From positions 1 to 64,000 of IMG/VR virus record IMGVR_UViG_3300027867_000003: a stretch of DNA of 64,000 bases. One strand, written 5' to 3'. The notes beneath the pieces are model-generated. The model did not search any database and was not told the origin of the DNA. It was given only the letters and a program-made list of their open reading frames with translations. The DNA comes from a virus. The position numbers and the translations under genes are program-made. Positions 29,190 through 37,493 of the stretch are shown here, one piece after another. How positions within the stretch are numbered: position 1 is the first letter of the stretch; each line of letters begins with the position of its first letter.

Positions 29190-29440
29190 AGGCTTGGCTC
29201 ATATAGACGTGGGTCGTTCTCGGGATCGGCGTTGTTAAGGATGTCGTCGCGGGCCTGTTGAAGCATTGTTATGATTTCATTGATTTCATCGGGTGTGCAT
29301 TGTGAATGTTCCACGTCGGGGAACTACGAAATCAATATGTCCGCAGAGTGTTCCGGCAGCTTTGAATGTTGCTCTGGGGAGCCGAGTTTCAAATAACCTT
29401 GCCTCGTAAAGAGGCTTTCTTAAAGACGTAATCTTGGAGG

Positions 29441-30226
29441 TCAATGGGGGCCTCCCATGTAGAGCCTATTTTCCCCAAGATCGATCTGGGCGATGAGGGC
29501 CAGTTCGCGGTCGGACATCAGCCGAGGGTCGCGGTTCTGGTTGTCGGGATCAATGGAGTCGTCCAGTGGTTCGCAGAGATAGAGGGCGCGGAAGAGATAG
29601 TCCGGGAGGTCCTTTTTGATTTCCTCGATCTCGGATTCGTCAAGAATATTGGTCTCTTCCATGACATTGAGATAGGTGATTTTTCTATATTGAGAGTCTG
29701 GAAGATCGCCGGCTTCGGATCTGCGGCACATGTTATAGAACCAATTGTTCTTGTCTCTGACGGAGCCCATGATGACCGCGGGGGCCTTTAGGGCCATCAG
29801 ATTTGACCGTAGTTGGTGCCAGGCGGATTCGGAAACTTGGGGACCGATGGTTTGACTAGCACCGTCGATTACGAGGCCCCAGATGTCCTCGGAAATGATA
29901 TTACTGTCGGCAGAACGGAAGACCAACAGAGTTCCCGAGGAAGCGATGATCGTTGGCGTTGGGGCTTCACGGCTTTGGAAGGATCGTATGGGAAGATTTT
30001 GGCGAACCCGGTTGAAGGCGACCCGGGTCTGCTCTGAACTGGGGGTGACGAACCAATAGGTCTGACCGGGTTTGCCGAGAAACCCCCATTCGAGAATTCG
30101 GGCTATGCCGGCGGCGGTCATGCCGGACTTTGTTGATGCTTCGAGGAGGGTCCAGCGTTTGTCGGTAAAGATGGCCGCCTGCTGACGGGGATAGAGATAG
30201 GGCCTGGTGTAGACTAGATCGGTCAC
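29441..30226 (-). CDS. degenerate terminase-ATPase-like protein without nuclease domain
   Basis: LYPRQ, EASTKSGMT (Walker A K>M), WFVTP, LVIDGA (Walker B E>G), NWFY, FRALY; start GTG 30226 inferred. Confidence 0.7.
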   Translation of the reverse strand: MTDLVYTRPYLYPRQQAAIFTDKRWTLLEASTKSGMTAAGIARILEWGFLGKPGQTYWFVTPSSEQTRVAFNRVRQNLPIRSFQSREAPTPTIIASSGTLLVFRSADSNIISEDIWGLVIDGASQTIGPQVSESAWHQLRSNLMALKAPAVIMGSVRDKNNWFYNMCRRSEAGDLPDSQYRKITYLNVMEETNILDESEIEEIKKDLPDYLFRALYLCEPLDDSIDPDNQNRDPRLMSDRELALIAQIDLGENRLYMGGPH

Positions 30227-30406
30227 AGTCGGAACCTGAAGGCTGTCAAAAGGATCGGCCCGGAACCGCGGGGACCGAAGTCCGGGAGGCTCAACGGGCC
30301 GATAAGTCTGTCCCACCACAAGAGAGAAGGGGCGCCAGAGCCGAGGATGTACCGCGAGGCACAAGATGCAGGCTCACATCTGGCTTACTCGGTTTTGAAG
30401 GGGGTG

Positions 30407-30877
30407 TCAAGCCCCAATTTTCGCCGAGGCCCATTCGGCGAGGAAGGAGCCTATTAGGCATACCTTATCGTGGGGTGCATTCTCTGCGACAACTGATAGT
30501 CCTTTTTCGTGCCACCGCTTAACTTGGCGACGATCGCTTTCTAGAATCTTGGCTATTCCGAGCCACTGATGTATATAGCGCCCCGTGACTGGATTGACTA
30601 AAGCTCTAAGCTGAAGAACACGACGGCGCTTAGGATCTGAATCTGCAAGGGGAAGGCTGAGAATTTGGTCCATTATGGGGATTTCGGCGGCTGAGGGAGC
30701 CATTGCAGATATTCGCATCTGGCCGCGGAACTCCAGGACTTGGAATTTTTCTAAATTATAATCAGGCCAGGCAACATGAAAGTCAGCTGGGCGTAGTCCT
30801 ACGGAGGGCATTGCCATCAACCGACCTCCGGCCCATTCAAGCCACCACTGAAGTTGCTCTGGGTCTAGTTTTCCCAC
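30407..30877 (-). CDS. DUF6362-like / antiterminator-Q-like late regulator
   Basis: AGGRLMAMP...WP, PSAAEI..MD, C-terminal HTH-like WLGIAKIL..DRRQVKRWH. Confidence 0.6.
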   Translation of the reverse strand: MGKLDPEQLQWWLEWAGGRLMAMPSVGLRPADFHVAWPDYNLEKFQVLEFRGQMRISAMAPSAAEIPIMDQILSLPLADSDPKRRRVLQLRALVNPVTGRYIHQWLGIAKILESDRRQVKRWHEKGLSVVAENAPHDKVCLIGSFLAEWASAKIGA

Positions 30878-30889
30878 GGTTGGATCTTC

Positions 30890-31345
30890 CTAGAACCTGA
30901 GGGGGGTTGTCTCTAGCCACTGAAACAGGTGTGGGGGGCGGATTTCTCGCCAGTCGAGAAGCGGCTTTGGGGCCTCAGGTGAGAGGCGCTTGACGACGAC
31001 CAAAGGCACAGTGCTTTTATTTAGGGCCTTTGTGACGACGGGGCAATAGAGATCAGTGAGCTTGGGAAGCGCAGAAGAGATCCAGGTATATTTAACTTCG
31101 ATAACGATGATAAATCGGCCCGAAGGATCATGGAGAAGAACGTCTGGGCTACAGGCGTTGGGGCCTTCGATGTCGTCGACATAGGAGAACCAGGGATTGA
31201 ATTCGATTTGGAAATCTGTTTCGGTTATGGCTTTCTGTAGGGATTTTTGAAATCGTCTCTCGTAGCGAAGTCCGAGGACGATACCGGGCTTTTGAGATCG
31301 GGATGGTCGATGAAGTCGGGGGCATCGTTGGGCAGAGATAATCAC
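30890..31345 (-). CDS. PD-(D/E)XK nuclease
   Basis: GLRYE, SPDVLL, IEVK motifs. Confidence 0.65.
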   Translation of the reverse strand: MIISAQRCPRLHRPSRSQKPGIVLGLRYERRFQKSLQKAITETDFQIEFNPWFSYVDDIEGPNACSPDVLLHDPSGRFIIVIEVKYTWISSALPKLTDLYCPVVTKALNKSTVPLVVVKRLSPEAPKPLLDWREIRPPHLFQWLETTPLRF

Positions 31346-31941
31346 TCGGGCTTCTCCGCCCCTGGGATTTCGTTCCCGTCTTGATCGATCGTCTTACGGA
31401 TGTCCCGAGGCCCCATGTTAAAGGTGACGTTGACCGGGGCAGCTGGGAGCGTGTTGGCCGTCTTGGGAGGCGCCACTGTACGGTCGAAACCGAAGGCCCC
31501 GATTTGACGAAGTTCGCCAATTGGGAGCGTTTCGGCCTTTGCTGGGTCATCCAATCTTTCTTGGAGAATATCGGTTGCGGTTTCGGCGAGAATTCGAAGC
31601 TTTGTCTGAACCCTCTCGATTTCCTGCAAACTTCCTTCGGTGACCTGTTCGCGATAATAGTCGCAAAGGTGATTGAACGACGGGTCGGCCTGGAGTTGGG
31701 TAATTCGCTGGGGGGTGCAGCCAACTAGGAAGGCCGTTTCGCGGACGTTTTTGCCACTAGCAAGATGTCTTGCGGCCGCGTGATGAGAGGCTTTGAGGCG
31801 CTGAATGGGAGGAACTGAGACTGGGGTTCGGGGCTCAGATGAAAGGCGAGCGATGTCCTCGGCCGTTAGTTCGCGTTCGACGGTCATAATGAGCCCGGTT
31901 CCGCCGGGGCGACCTCGGGAAGGGAGAAGATCATGGGCCAT
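31342..31941 (-). CDS. HTH protein, terminase small subunit candidate
   Basis: HHAAARHLASG..ETAFLVGCTPQRITQLQADPSF HTH followed by helices; GGAAGGGG RBS. Confidence 0.55.
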   Translation of the reverse strand: MAHDLLPSRGRPGGTGLIMTVERELTAEDIARLSSEPRTPVSVPPIQRLKASHHAAARHLASGKNVRETAFLVGCTPQRITQLQADPSFNHLCDYYREQVTEGSLQEIERVQTKLRILAETATDILQERLDDPAKAETLPIGELRQIGAFGFDRTVAPPKTANTLPAAPVNVTFNMGPRDIRKTIDQDGNEIPGAEKPE

Positions 31942-31958
31942 GAGGGTTCCCCCTTCCC

Positions 31959-32294
31959 TTAGGTCGCAGAGCGAGGGCTGATCGACAATCGAATCTCGGC
32001 GCCGTAGCCGACGCGGCCCACCCGCGGGGGTCGGTTGGTCCAAGCGTCGAGGATTCCCGACGTTGCTGACAGGCGGGTCCAACGATAGAATCGGCCGCCC
32101 ATTTTCCCTGCTTCGCGAATGGCTAAGGTGAGAACCTCGTCACCCTCGCCCGAGACATTGATCGAAATCGTTGGATCGACTCCTTCGACCTCACCGTTGA
32201 GAACCAGCCATGCGGAATGGCTCTCAGGGAGGGAGGAAGAGGAACCAACGTCGGGGTCGAAGGGTTGGTTTTCGACCAAATTAAGGTGGGTCAT
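31959..32294 (-). CDS. hypothetical protein
   Basis: AAAGGA RBS. Confidence 0.5.
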   Translation of the reverse strand: MTHLNLVENQPFDPDVGSSSSLPESHSAWLVLNGEVEGVDPTISINVSGEGDEVLTLAIREAGKMGGRFYRWTRLSATSGILDAWTNRPPRVGRVGYGAEIRLSISPRSAT

Positions 32295-32558
32295 GGAAAG
32301 GGTCCTTTGGACAATTGGTTTCGCGGCTGGAGAGCGGGAGTTCGGGCGACTGTAGAACGGTTGGCATTGGTCTTGGTTCCTTTGGTTAGATTGGGCCGAC
32401 TGTCCCCCCTAAGGCATACAATGTTTCCGAATTACTTCTGGGGTCAAAAATTGCTCGCGATTTGGGAGAGTCCCTGGTCAGGGTGTGGGTATCCTGGTCC
32501 AGAGGACTCCGTTTTCTGAGACGGGTCCTCGGACCTAAGATACAACCGAAAGGTCTGT

Positions 32559-32777
32559 TCACCCACCTAGGGGCGGTTGTCTTGTTCGCGGCTTGCGAAC
32601 CAAAGTCATTTCCCAAAAACGGACCGGCTCTTGCGACGGAAACTTGTGTAGTTCAATGAAGGCATATAGGCGATTATCGTTATAATACTCAATCGCCTGT
32701 TTTCGGTTGTCGAAAAACTCTGCCATTCCATTATAGCAAAGTTCTACCATATAACGTTTTGTCTTTGTGGTGGTCAT
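32559..32777 (-). CDS. hypothetical protein
   Basis: AT-rich 72-aa ORF. Confidence 0.4.
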   Translation of the reverse strand: MTTTKTKRYMVELCYNGMAEFFDNRKQAIEYYNDNRLYAFIELHKFPSQEPVRFWEMTLVRKPRTRQPPLGG

Positions 32778-32803
32778 CTTTCCGGCCCTTTCGCGTGAAA
32801 GAT

Positions 32804-32827
32804 GGGAGGGAACAACTGTTCCCTCCC
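32804..32827 (-). terminator. stem-loop / intrinsic terminator
   Basis: GGGAGGGAACA-ac-TGTTCCCTCCC perfect inverted repeat downstream of ORF 32842-33429. Confidence 0.65.
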
Positions 32828-32841
32828 TCGTTGCGCCCGTC

Positions 32842-33429
32842 TTAAAGGGCGATGTCGATGGCGGCGTCGGTCTTAGGCGCGACCTTCGCGCGCTTGCGAT
32901 CCTTCGCCGGGACGATTGCCCGACCGGACTCCTGCGCCGATTTCACGGCATTGGCGAAAATCCGGCTGCGGTGCTTCTCGGCCGTCTGCTCGACCACCAA
33001 CTTGCGCGCGTCCTTCTCGACCTTCGTGGCGTCCTTGCCGAGTTCGCCGAGCTTGCCGTCGACCGCATTAGCGACCGCGACGAAGTAGGCTGCCTCGTGC
33101 GCGTCGTTGTTCTTCGCGCTCGGCCCGTTGCCCGCGTACAGCTTGTCGATTGCCGATTGCAGGCTCTCGCCGTCGTAGTTCTGTCCGACGCGGTTGCGGG
33201 CGTATTCAGCCCACGACTGGAACAGATAGGGGCGGGCGGCCGGCTCGACGTTGGCGAAACCGGCGAGCGCCCGAAGGACGGCCAACATGCCGTTGACTTC
33301 GATCTCGACCTGATTGTCGTGGATGCCGAACTTGCGCGCCGCAGCGGCGGCCAGCCAGGCCTCATGATCAGGATTGGCCTCGCCAGCCGGCTCTACGGGG
33401 CGCACGTGGCTCTGTGTGCTCTGTGCCAT
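32842..33429 (-). CDS. hypothetical protein with AIDIAL tail
   Basis: Very GC-rich third positions; ends RKRAKVAPKTDAAIDIAL. Confidence 0.75.
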   Translation of the reverse strand: MAQSTQSHVRPVEPAGEANPDHEAWLAAAAARKFGIHDNQVEIEVNGMLAVLRALAGFANVEPAARPYLFQSWAEYARNRVGQNYDGESLQSAIDKLYAGNGPSAKNNDAHEAAYFVAVANAVDGKLGELGKDATKVEKDARKLVVEQTAEKHRSRIFANAVKSAQESGRAIVPAKDRKRAKVAPKTDAAIDIAL

Positions 33430-33818
33430 GATGTTTTGCCTTCTCTCTCATTGGATGGCTCGGGCGGGCTTGCCCGAGCTTCTGTGCCAGCGGTAGCCGC
33501 ACTGGCGCGGGTGGCGCGGCGGCCGAACCGCCCGTATCGAAACCACGATTGGGAGTATAGCCTCGCGCGCGCGTGAAGGGAAGAAAATCGCAGCCGGGAG
33601 CCACGGTGTTTTTGCATAGCTTCGGCGGCGTTGGGGGCGCGCAGCGCCGCCGAATGCATGGCTCGGGAAGCTCGATTGTCGAACCCCCGCGTCGTCCAGA
33701 AGATCGGGCTTTCTCGACTTGCGAACCCCTCGCATCGCCGGGGGCGAAGCTGCCTTATAACATAGGCAAAAACAAAAAATCGACGGGGGATTTTCTCCAA
33801 CATAGGGATCATTGCCTC

Positions 33819-34410
33819 TTAACATATCTCCCGACCTAATTTTTGGGGCGCCCCTGGGGTAGGTGATTGTCGGGAGATCGGGCGCTACTTAACATTGGCC
33901 CCTGTTAATGGTAGATTATACTAGATAGTAACACTGGCCTCCGATATTAAAGGGCATGTGTTCGGGGGTATGACGGGTCCGGGGGGCGGATTGGGCATAC
34001 AACCTCCGTTTGTCGAAATAGCTATTTTGTAGAAACAGTCTCTTCGACCTCAGAGTTCTTTCGACCTAAGTCCATTGTATGCCTCTTCTAAAAAAAGAAA
34101 AAAAAAATAAAAAAAAAATATAAAAAATATATACATACAAAGGCACTTCGACCTTGGGGAAGCTTCGACCTAACTTCCTTACAAAGTCGGAACAAGGTTC
34201 CCGACTAACCAAGGTTGTATGCCCAATAGGCCAGACCCCTTTGTAAATGGCCTGTAAACAGGGAATACCCGGTTTAACATCGGACGGGTTTAATCAAGTC
34301 CAGTATTCCCCCCTATCAACCACTCCCATTGTATGCTCCCTAACCCCCTTCCACCTCGCCCACATGCCCTTTAACATTGCCCCCGATTATCACTACCCAG
34401 TATACTCCCC
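33819..34410. promoter_or_regulatory. divergent control region / candidate origin
   Basis: Strand switch; A-tract 34090-34133; four TTCGACCT; nested 16-bp and 14-bp inverted repeats; four TTAACAT boxes. Confidence 0.65.
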
Positions 34411-34470
34411 CATCAGGGCGAATTTTCCCGACCTTCACAACCCATCCCTATATATAGGAGAACTCCAGTC

Positions 34471-34977
34471 ATGCCCATCTCCCAGGACCGCATGATGAAT
34501 TTGATCCGCGCTGCCGACTTCCTCCTTAGCCGATTCAAACAGATGGATCATCAAGCCGATGTCCTGAGCGTCGAGGCCCGAGGAGCAATCACAGAGATCA
34601 GGTCCTTTGGCCTCAACCCCGATCATCCTTCCTGGGGTCCCATAGGACGACTTATCAGCGCCGCTGAAACCCTCAGCAACATTATAAATACCGAGGTTCC
34701 GATAAACCACATCATCACGATCGCCGAGGAAAGAGGTCACTTCAACTCCCGTGCCGCGGCAAACGTCCGCGCCCGGAAATACCAGCGTCGAAAGCGCGGC
34801 CTCGACCCCAACGCTGAGCCCCCACTACGGCAGCAGCGGATCGACTCTCGATCCCCTGAAGCCAACCCCGTGTCACCCGACACCTATATACCTCCCAATT
34901 CCAGCCAAATCGAAGAAAGACTCCGATCAACAGGGCTTTTCGACTCCGACGGAAACATCATCCCAGGGAAGATATAG
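34471..34977 (+). CDS. hypothetical early protein
   Basis: AGGAG RBS; first gene of the right arm; basic ARKYQRRKR patch. Confidence 0.75.
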   Translation: MPISQDRMMNLIRAADFLLSRFKQMDHQADVLSVEARGAITEIRSFGLNPDHPSWGPIGRLISAAETLSNIINTEVPINHIITIAEERGHFNSRAAANVRARKYQRRKRGLDPNAEPPLRQQRIDSRSPEANPVSPDTYIPPNSSQIEERLRSTGLFDSDGNIIPGKI

Positions 34978-34988
34978 GATAAACGAAA

Positions 34989-35624
34989 ATGATAAACATT
35001 CAAGACATAGAAATTGTTATCCCCGATGTTTATACATTTATAGAAAATAATAACATATGTGCCTACTGCGGGGAAAAGCAATATTGTCACGATCATTTTC
35101 TACCAATTTCTGTGCAGAAGGTATTAAAACCTATATTATATACCAAGAATGCTGAATTTTTAATACCATCTTGCTACGAATGTAACAGCCTAGTTGCCTG
35201 CATACCGTTTGCCACGGTAAGCCACAAAATCGCTCATGTATCTAAGATTTACGAGAACCGTTCAGTATCGAATAGTCAATTTTGGACCGACGAGCAGAAG
35301 AGCAGTTTTGCATACAGGGCTTTGTGGTCTATAGCTAGCAATCCAAATATAAAAGAGCTTATAAAAATAAGATTGGATTTGCCTAAGTTGGGAACTCCTG
35401 AATGCAACTATCTAATTGAACAGGTTTTAGGAACTCCAATGCCCATAATAGTTAAAAAGTCCATCATACGCGGCTTGACCCAGTTTTCCACAACCATTAG
35501 TTGTGCGTTCAAGGTACGATTCAATTCAAATCCAAAACGCAAGGTATATCAACAGCTTACTGATCCTAAATTCCCCTTGTATGCCTCCCCCCCACTATGC
35601 TACCATGCTCCCGAGGCAATCTAG
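34989..35624 (+). CDS. HNH endonuclease
   Basis: CAYCG..DHFLP..LIPSCYECN; AT-rich. Confidence 0.75.
   Translation: MINIQDIEIVIPDVYTFIENNNICAYCGEKQYCHDHFLPISVQKVLKPILYTKNAEFLIPSCYECNSLVACIPFATVSHKIAHVSKIYENRSVSNSQFWTDEQKSSFAYRALWSIASNPNIKELIKIRLDLPKLGTPECNYLIEQVLGTPMPIIVKKSIIRGLTQFSTTISCAFKVRFNSNPKRKVYQQLTDPKFPLYASPPLCYHAPEAI
35577..35606 (+). promoter_or_regulatory. sigma70-like promoter candidate
   Basis: TTGTAT-N18-TACCAT with TG extension upstream of ORF 35693. Confidence 0.35.
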
Positions 35625-35692
35625 CCTCGACCAACCGGAGACGCTGAAATGCCCGCTCCTCATAAGATCACACTGCTACAGGAGACCCATTG

Positions 35693-36217
35693 ATGACCCC
35701 CGGCCTCCCGACCGTAGTCCTTTGCCTCCGCCCCGACGGGACAATCCAAGCCGAGGCGCCCGGAGCCAACGGAACCAGGGTCAAGTTGGACGACTCCCTG
35801 CTGCGGAATCTTCCCCCCCAGTATCAAGACTCCCTAGTTGAACAGCAGAACCGTCTGCGGCGCAAAGCCCAAGACGAAGCCCTTGAACGTAATCGCTGGG
35901 TCTTCAACTATGTCGCCGAGACTCACAACCACGGCTCCGAGTCGGGCGAAGCCTTTGCCCGTCGAACCGTCGGCCGCACTGTCCGAACCCCTCAGGGCAT
36001 TCGAAATGTCCTCGCCCGCTCTGGCTTTTCGAAGGCCGAGATCGACCTTATGGAATCTCGGGGCGAGCTGACGGGGAGCGCCTTTTTCTCGTCGATCGAA
36101 ACCGAGGACCGCATTGCCCGCATGAGGGAGACGGGAGAATCGACAGCCAAGGTCAAGCGGGCCAAATCCGGCCCCGTCGACCTGTCTCAGGCCGTCGACA
36201 TCACAGACTTGTTCTAG
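35693..36217 (+). CDS. hypothetical protein with QAVDITDLF tail
   Basis: AGGAG RBS; C-terminal motif. Confidence 0.75.
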   Translation: MTPGLPTVVLCLRPDGTIQAEAPGANGTRVKLDDSLLRNLPPQYQDSLVEQQNRLRRKAQDEALERNRWVFNYVAETHNHGSESGEAFARRTVGRTVRTPQGIRNVLARSGFSKAEIDLMESRGELTGSAFFSSIETEDRIARMRETGESTAKVKRAKSGPVDLSQAVDITDLF

Positions 36218-36227
36218 GGAGAAGGAC

Positions 36228-36512
36228 ATGGTAAAAGTAACCTGTTTAGGTCTAGGCTCAGAGTCGCCCCCAACGACTAAGGAAATACCCTCTCAAGATC
36301 AATACGGCCCTCACATGTCTACTCAGGGCGTCCAAGTTCTTATACCACTTAGTGCCTATGAACGACTCGTAAACTGGGCAAGTGTCAGACGAACATTGAA
36401 TGGCGTTCTGTCATCTAATGAAGATAGCCTAGACGAACTGCACGACATCAGTTCTGCACTGGCAGAATGCCACGAAGCAATTCGTCAGCATTGGAAGGGG
36501 ATTTCCCAGTGA
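36228..36512 (+). CDS. hypothetical protein flanked by direct repeats
   Basis: AAGGA RBS; bracketed by roughly 33-bp imperfect repeats. Confidence 0.55.
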   Translation: MVKVTCLGLGSESPPTTKEIPSQDQYGPHMSTQGVQVLIPLSAYERLVNWASVRRTLNGVLSSNEDSLDELHDISSALAECHEAIRQHWKGISQ

Positions 36513-36580
36513 CCGAAATCGGCGTGAAGCGGGCCCATCGACATCACAGACCTTGTTCTAGCAGAAGGACAGACCCTCAA

Positions 36581-36784
36581 ATGTCAGAACTATTCTCCGT
36601 TGGAAACTGCCGCGTGGTTAGGATAAGCCCCTATAGGTGGCAAGTCATCGACGACATAGATCGTATCCTCCTGAGCACAGCATACCGAGGGATCGCAGAT
36701 CGCTTCAAAGAAACTTATAACCATCGCGGCAGCGAGTTCAACCTAACGACCGGCAAAGAGCAAGAGAAGGATCAAAGCCGATGA
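36581..36784 (+). CDS. hypothetical protein
   Basis: Start MSELFSV after AAGGA. Confidence 0.55.
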   Translation: MSELFSVGNCRVVRISPYRWQVIDDIDRILLSTAYRGIADRFKETYNHRGSEFNLTTGKEQEKDQSR

Positions 36785-37248
36785 CCAATCATGTCGCCTT
36801 AGACGAATACCACAGACGATCTCAGGTTCTCCACGACTTCACCGTCGACGAATATGGGGTCATCCAAGATCCCGGAAAATTCGAAGGTCAGATGCTCTAC
36901 GTCCCAGTCTTCTGGTCCTATGTCCTCGATGGCTGTGGCGAAGATGATCCCGACGACGAAACGGCCGCTTGGTTCGACATCGAAGAATCTGATCTCGCCG
37001 AGTTTCCCGAACTCACGGGTGTCTCAAAGGTCCGTCTCTATGAATCCGACACCGGATTTGTCATCTGTGAGTGCTTCACGCAGGACGAACTCGCGGATCT
37101 GGAAGCGAGCCCAAAATCGTCCATTCGTTGTCCCGACTGCGAAATGCTCTCGATCAACGGCGTTCCGTGCCACGAAACCGGATGTCCCAATTCCCGAAAG
37201 CAGTGGAACCCCGAGACCGAGGAATGGACCTCGGAGGACAACCTCTAA
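36781..37248 (+). CDS. acidic protein with C-terminal Cys/His zinc-binding motif
   Basis: PGKFEG; CPDCEMLSINGVPCHETGCPN. Confidence 0.7.
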   Translation: MTNHVALDEYHRRSQVLHDFTVDEYGVIQDPGKFEGQMLYVPVFWSYVLDGCGEDDPDDETAAWFDIEESDLAEFPELTGVSKVRLYESDTGFVICECFTQDELADLEASPKSSIRCPDCEMLSINGVPCHETGCPNSRKQWNPETEEWTSEDNL

Positions 37249-37493
37249 TGTCCATCTTCACCCGACGCCACTACATCTGGCTCGCCGAAGTCGGTCGACA
37301 GATGATCGCCGCCGACCTCGATCGAAGCTCTAAGATCGACAAATGTATCCAAGTCCTCGCAACGGCTCTCGAAGCCGAATCTCCCGCCTTCAACCACGAC
37401 AGATTCATGAAGGCCATTTACGACCCCTCGGTCGACCTTTCAACCTCTAACGAAATGGAAACGAGCGATGTCCGTTCCACAAAGAGCCGCTGA
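37248..37493 (+). CDS. small early protein (paralog of 40844-41104)
   Basis: FTRRHY...ESPAFNHDRFMKA; GGAGG RBS. Confidence 0.7.
   Translation: MSIFTRRHYIWLAEVGRQMIAADLDRSSKIDKCIQVLATALEAESPAFNHDRFMKAIYDPSVDLSTSNEMETSDVRSTKSR

Noticed and set aside
471-32659. Many plus-strand ORFs in the left arm, and minus-strand ORFs in the right arm
   Set aside because: Antisense shadows of well-supported genes with no recognisable motifs
34043-34171. TTCGACCT repeats as a CRISPR array
   Set aside because: Only 8 bp long with 9-bp gaps; no repeat-spacer periodicity and no cas genes
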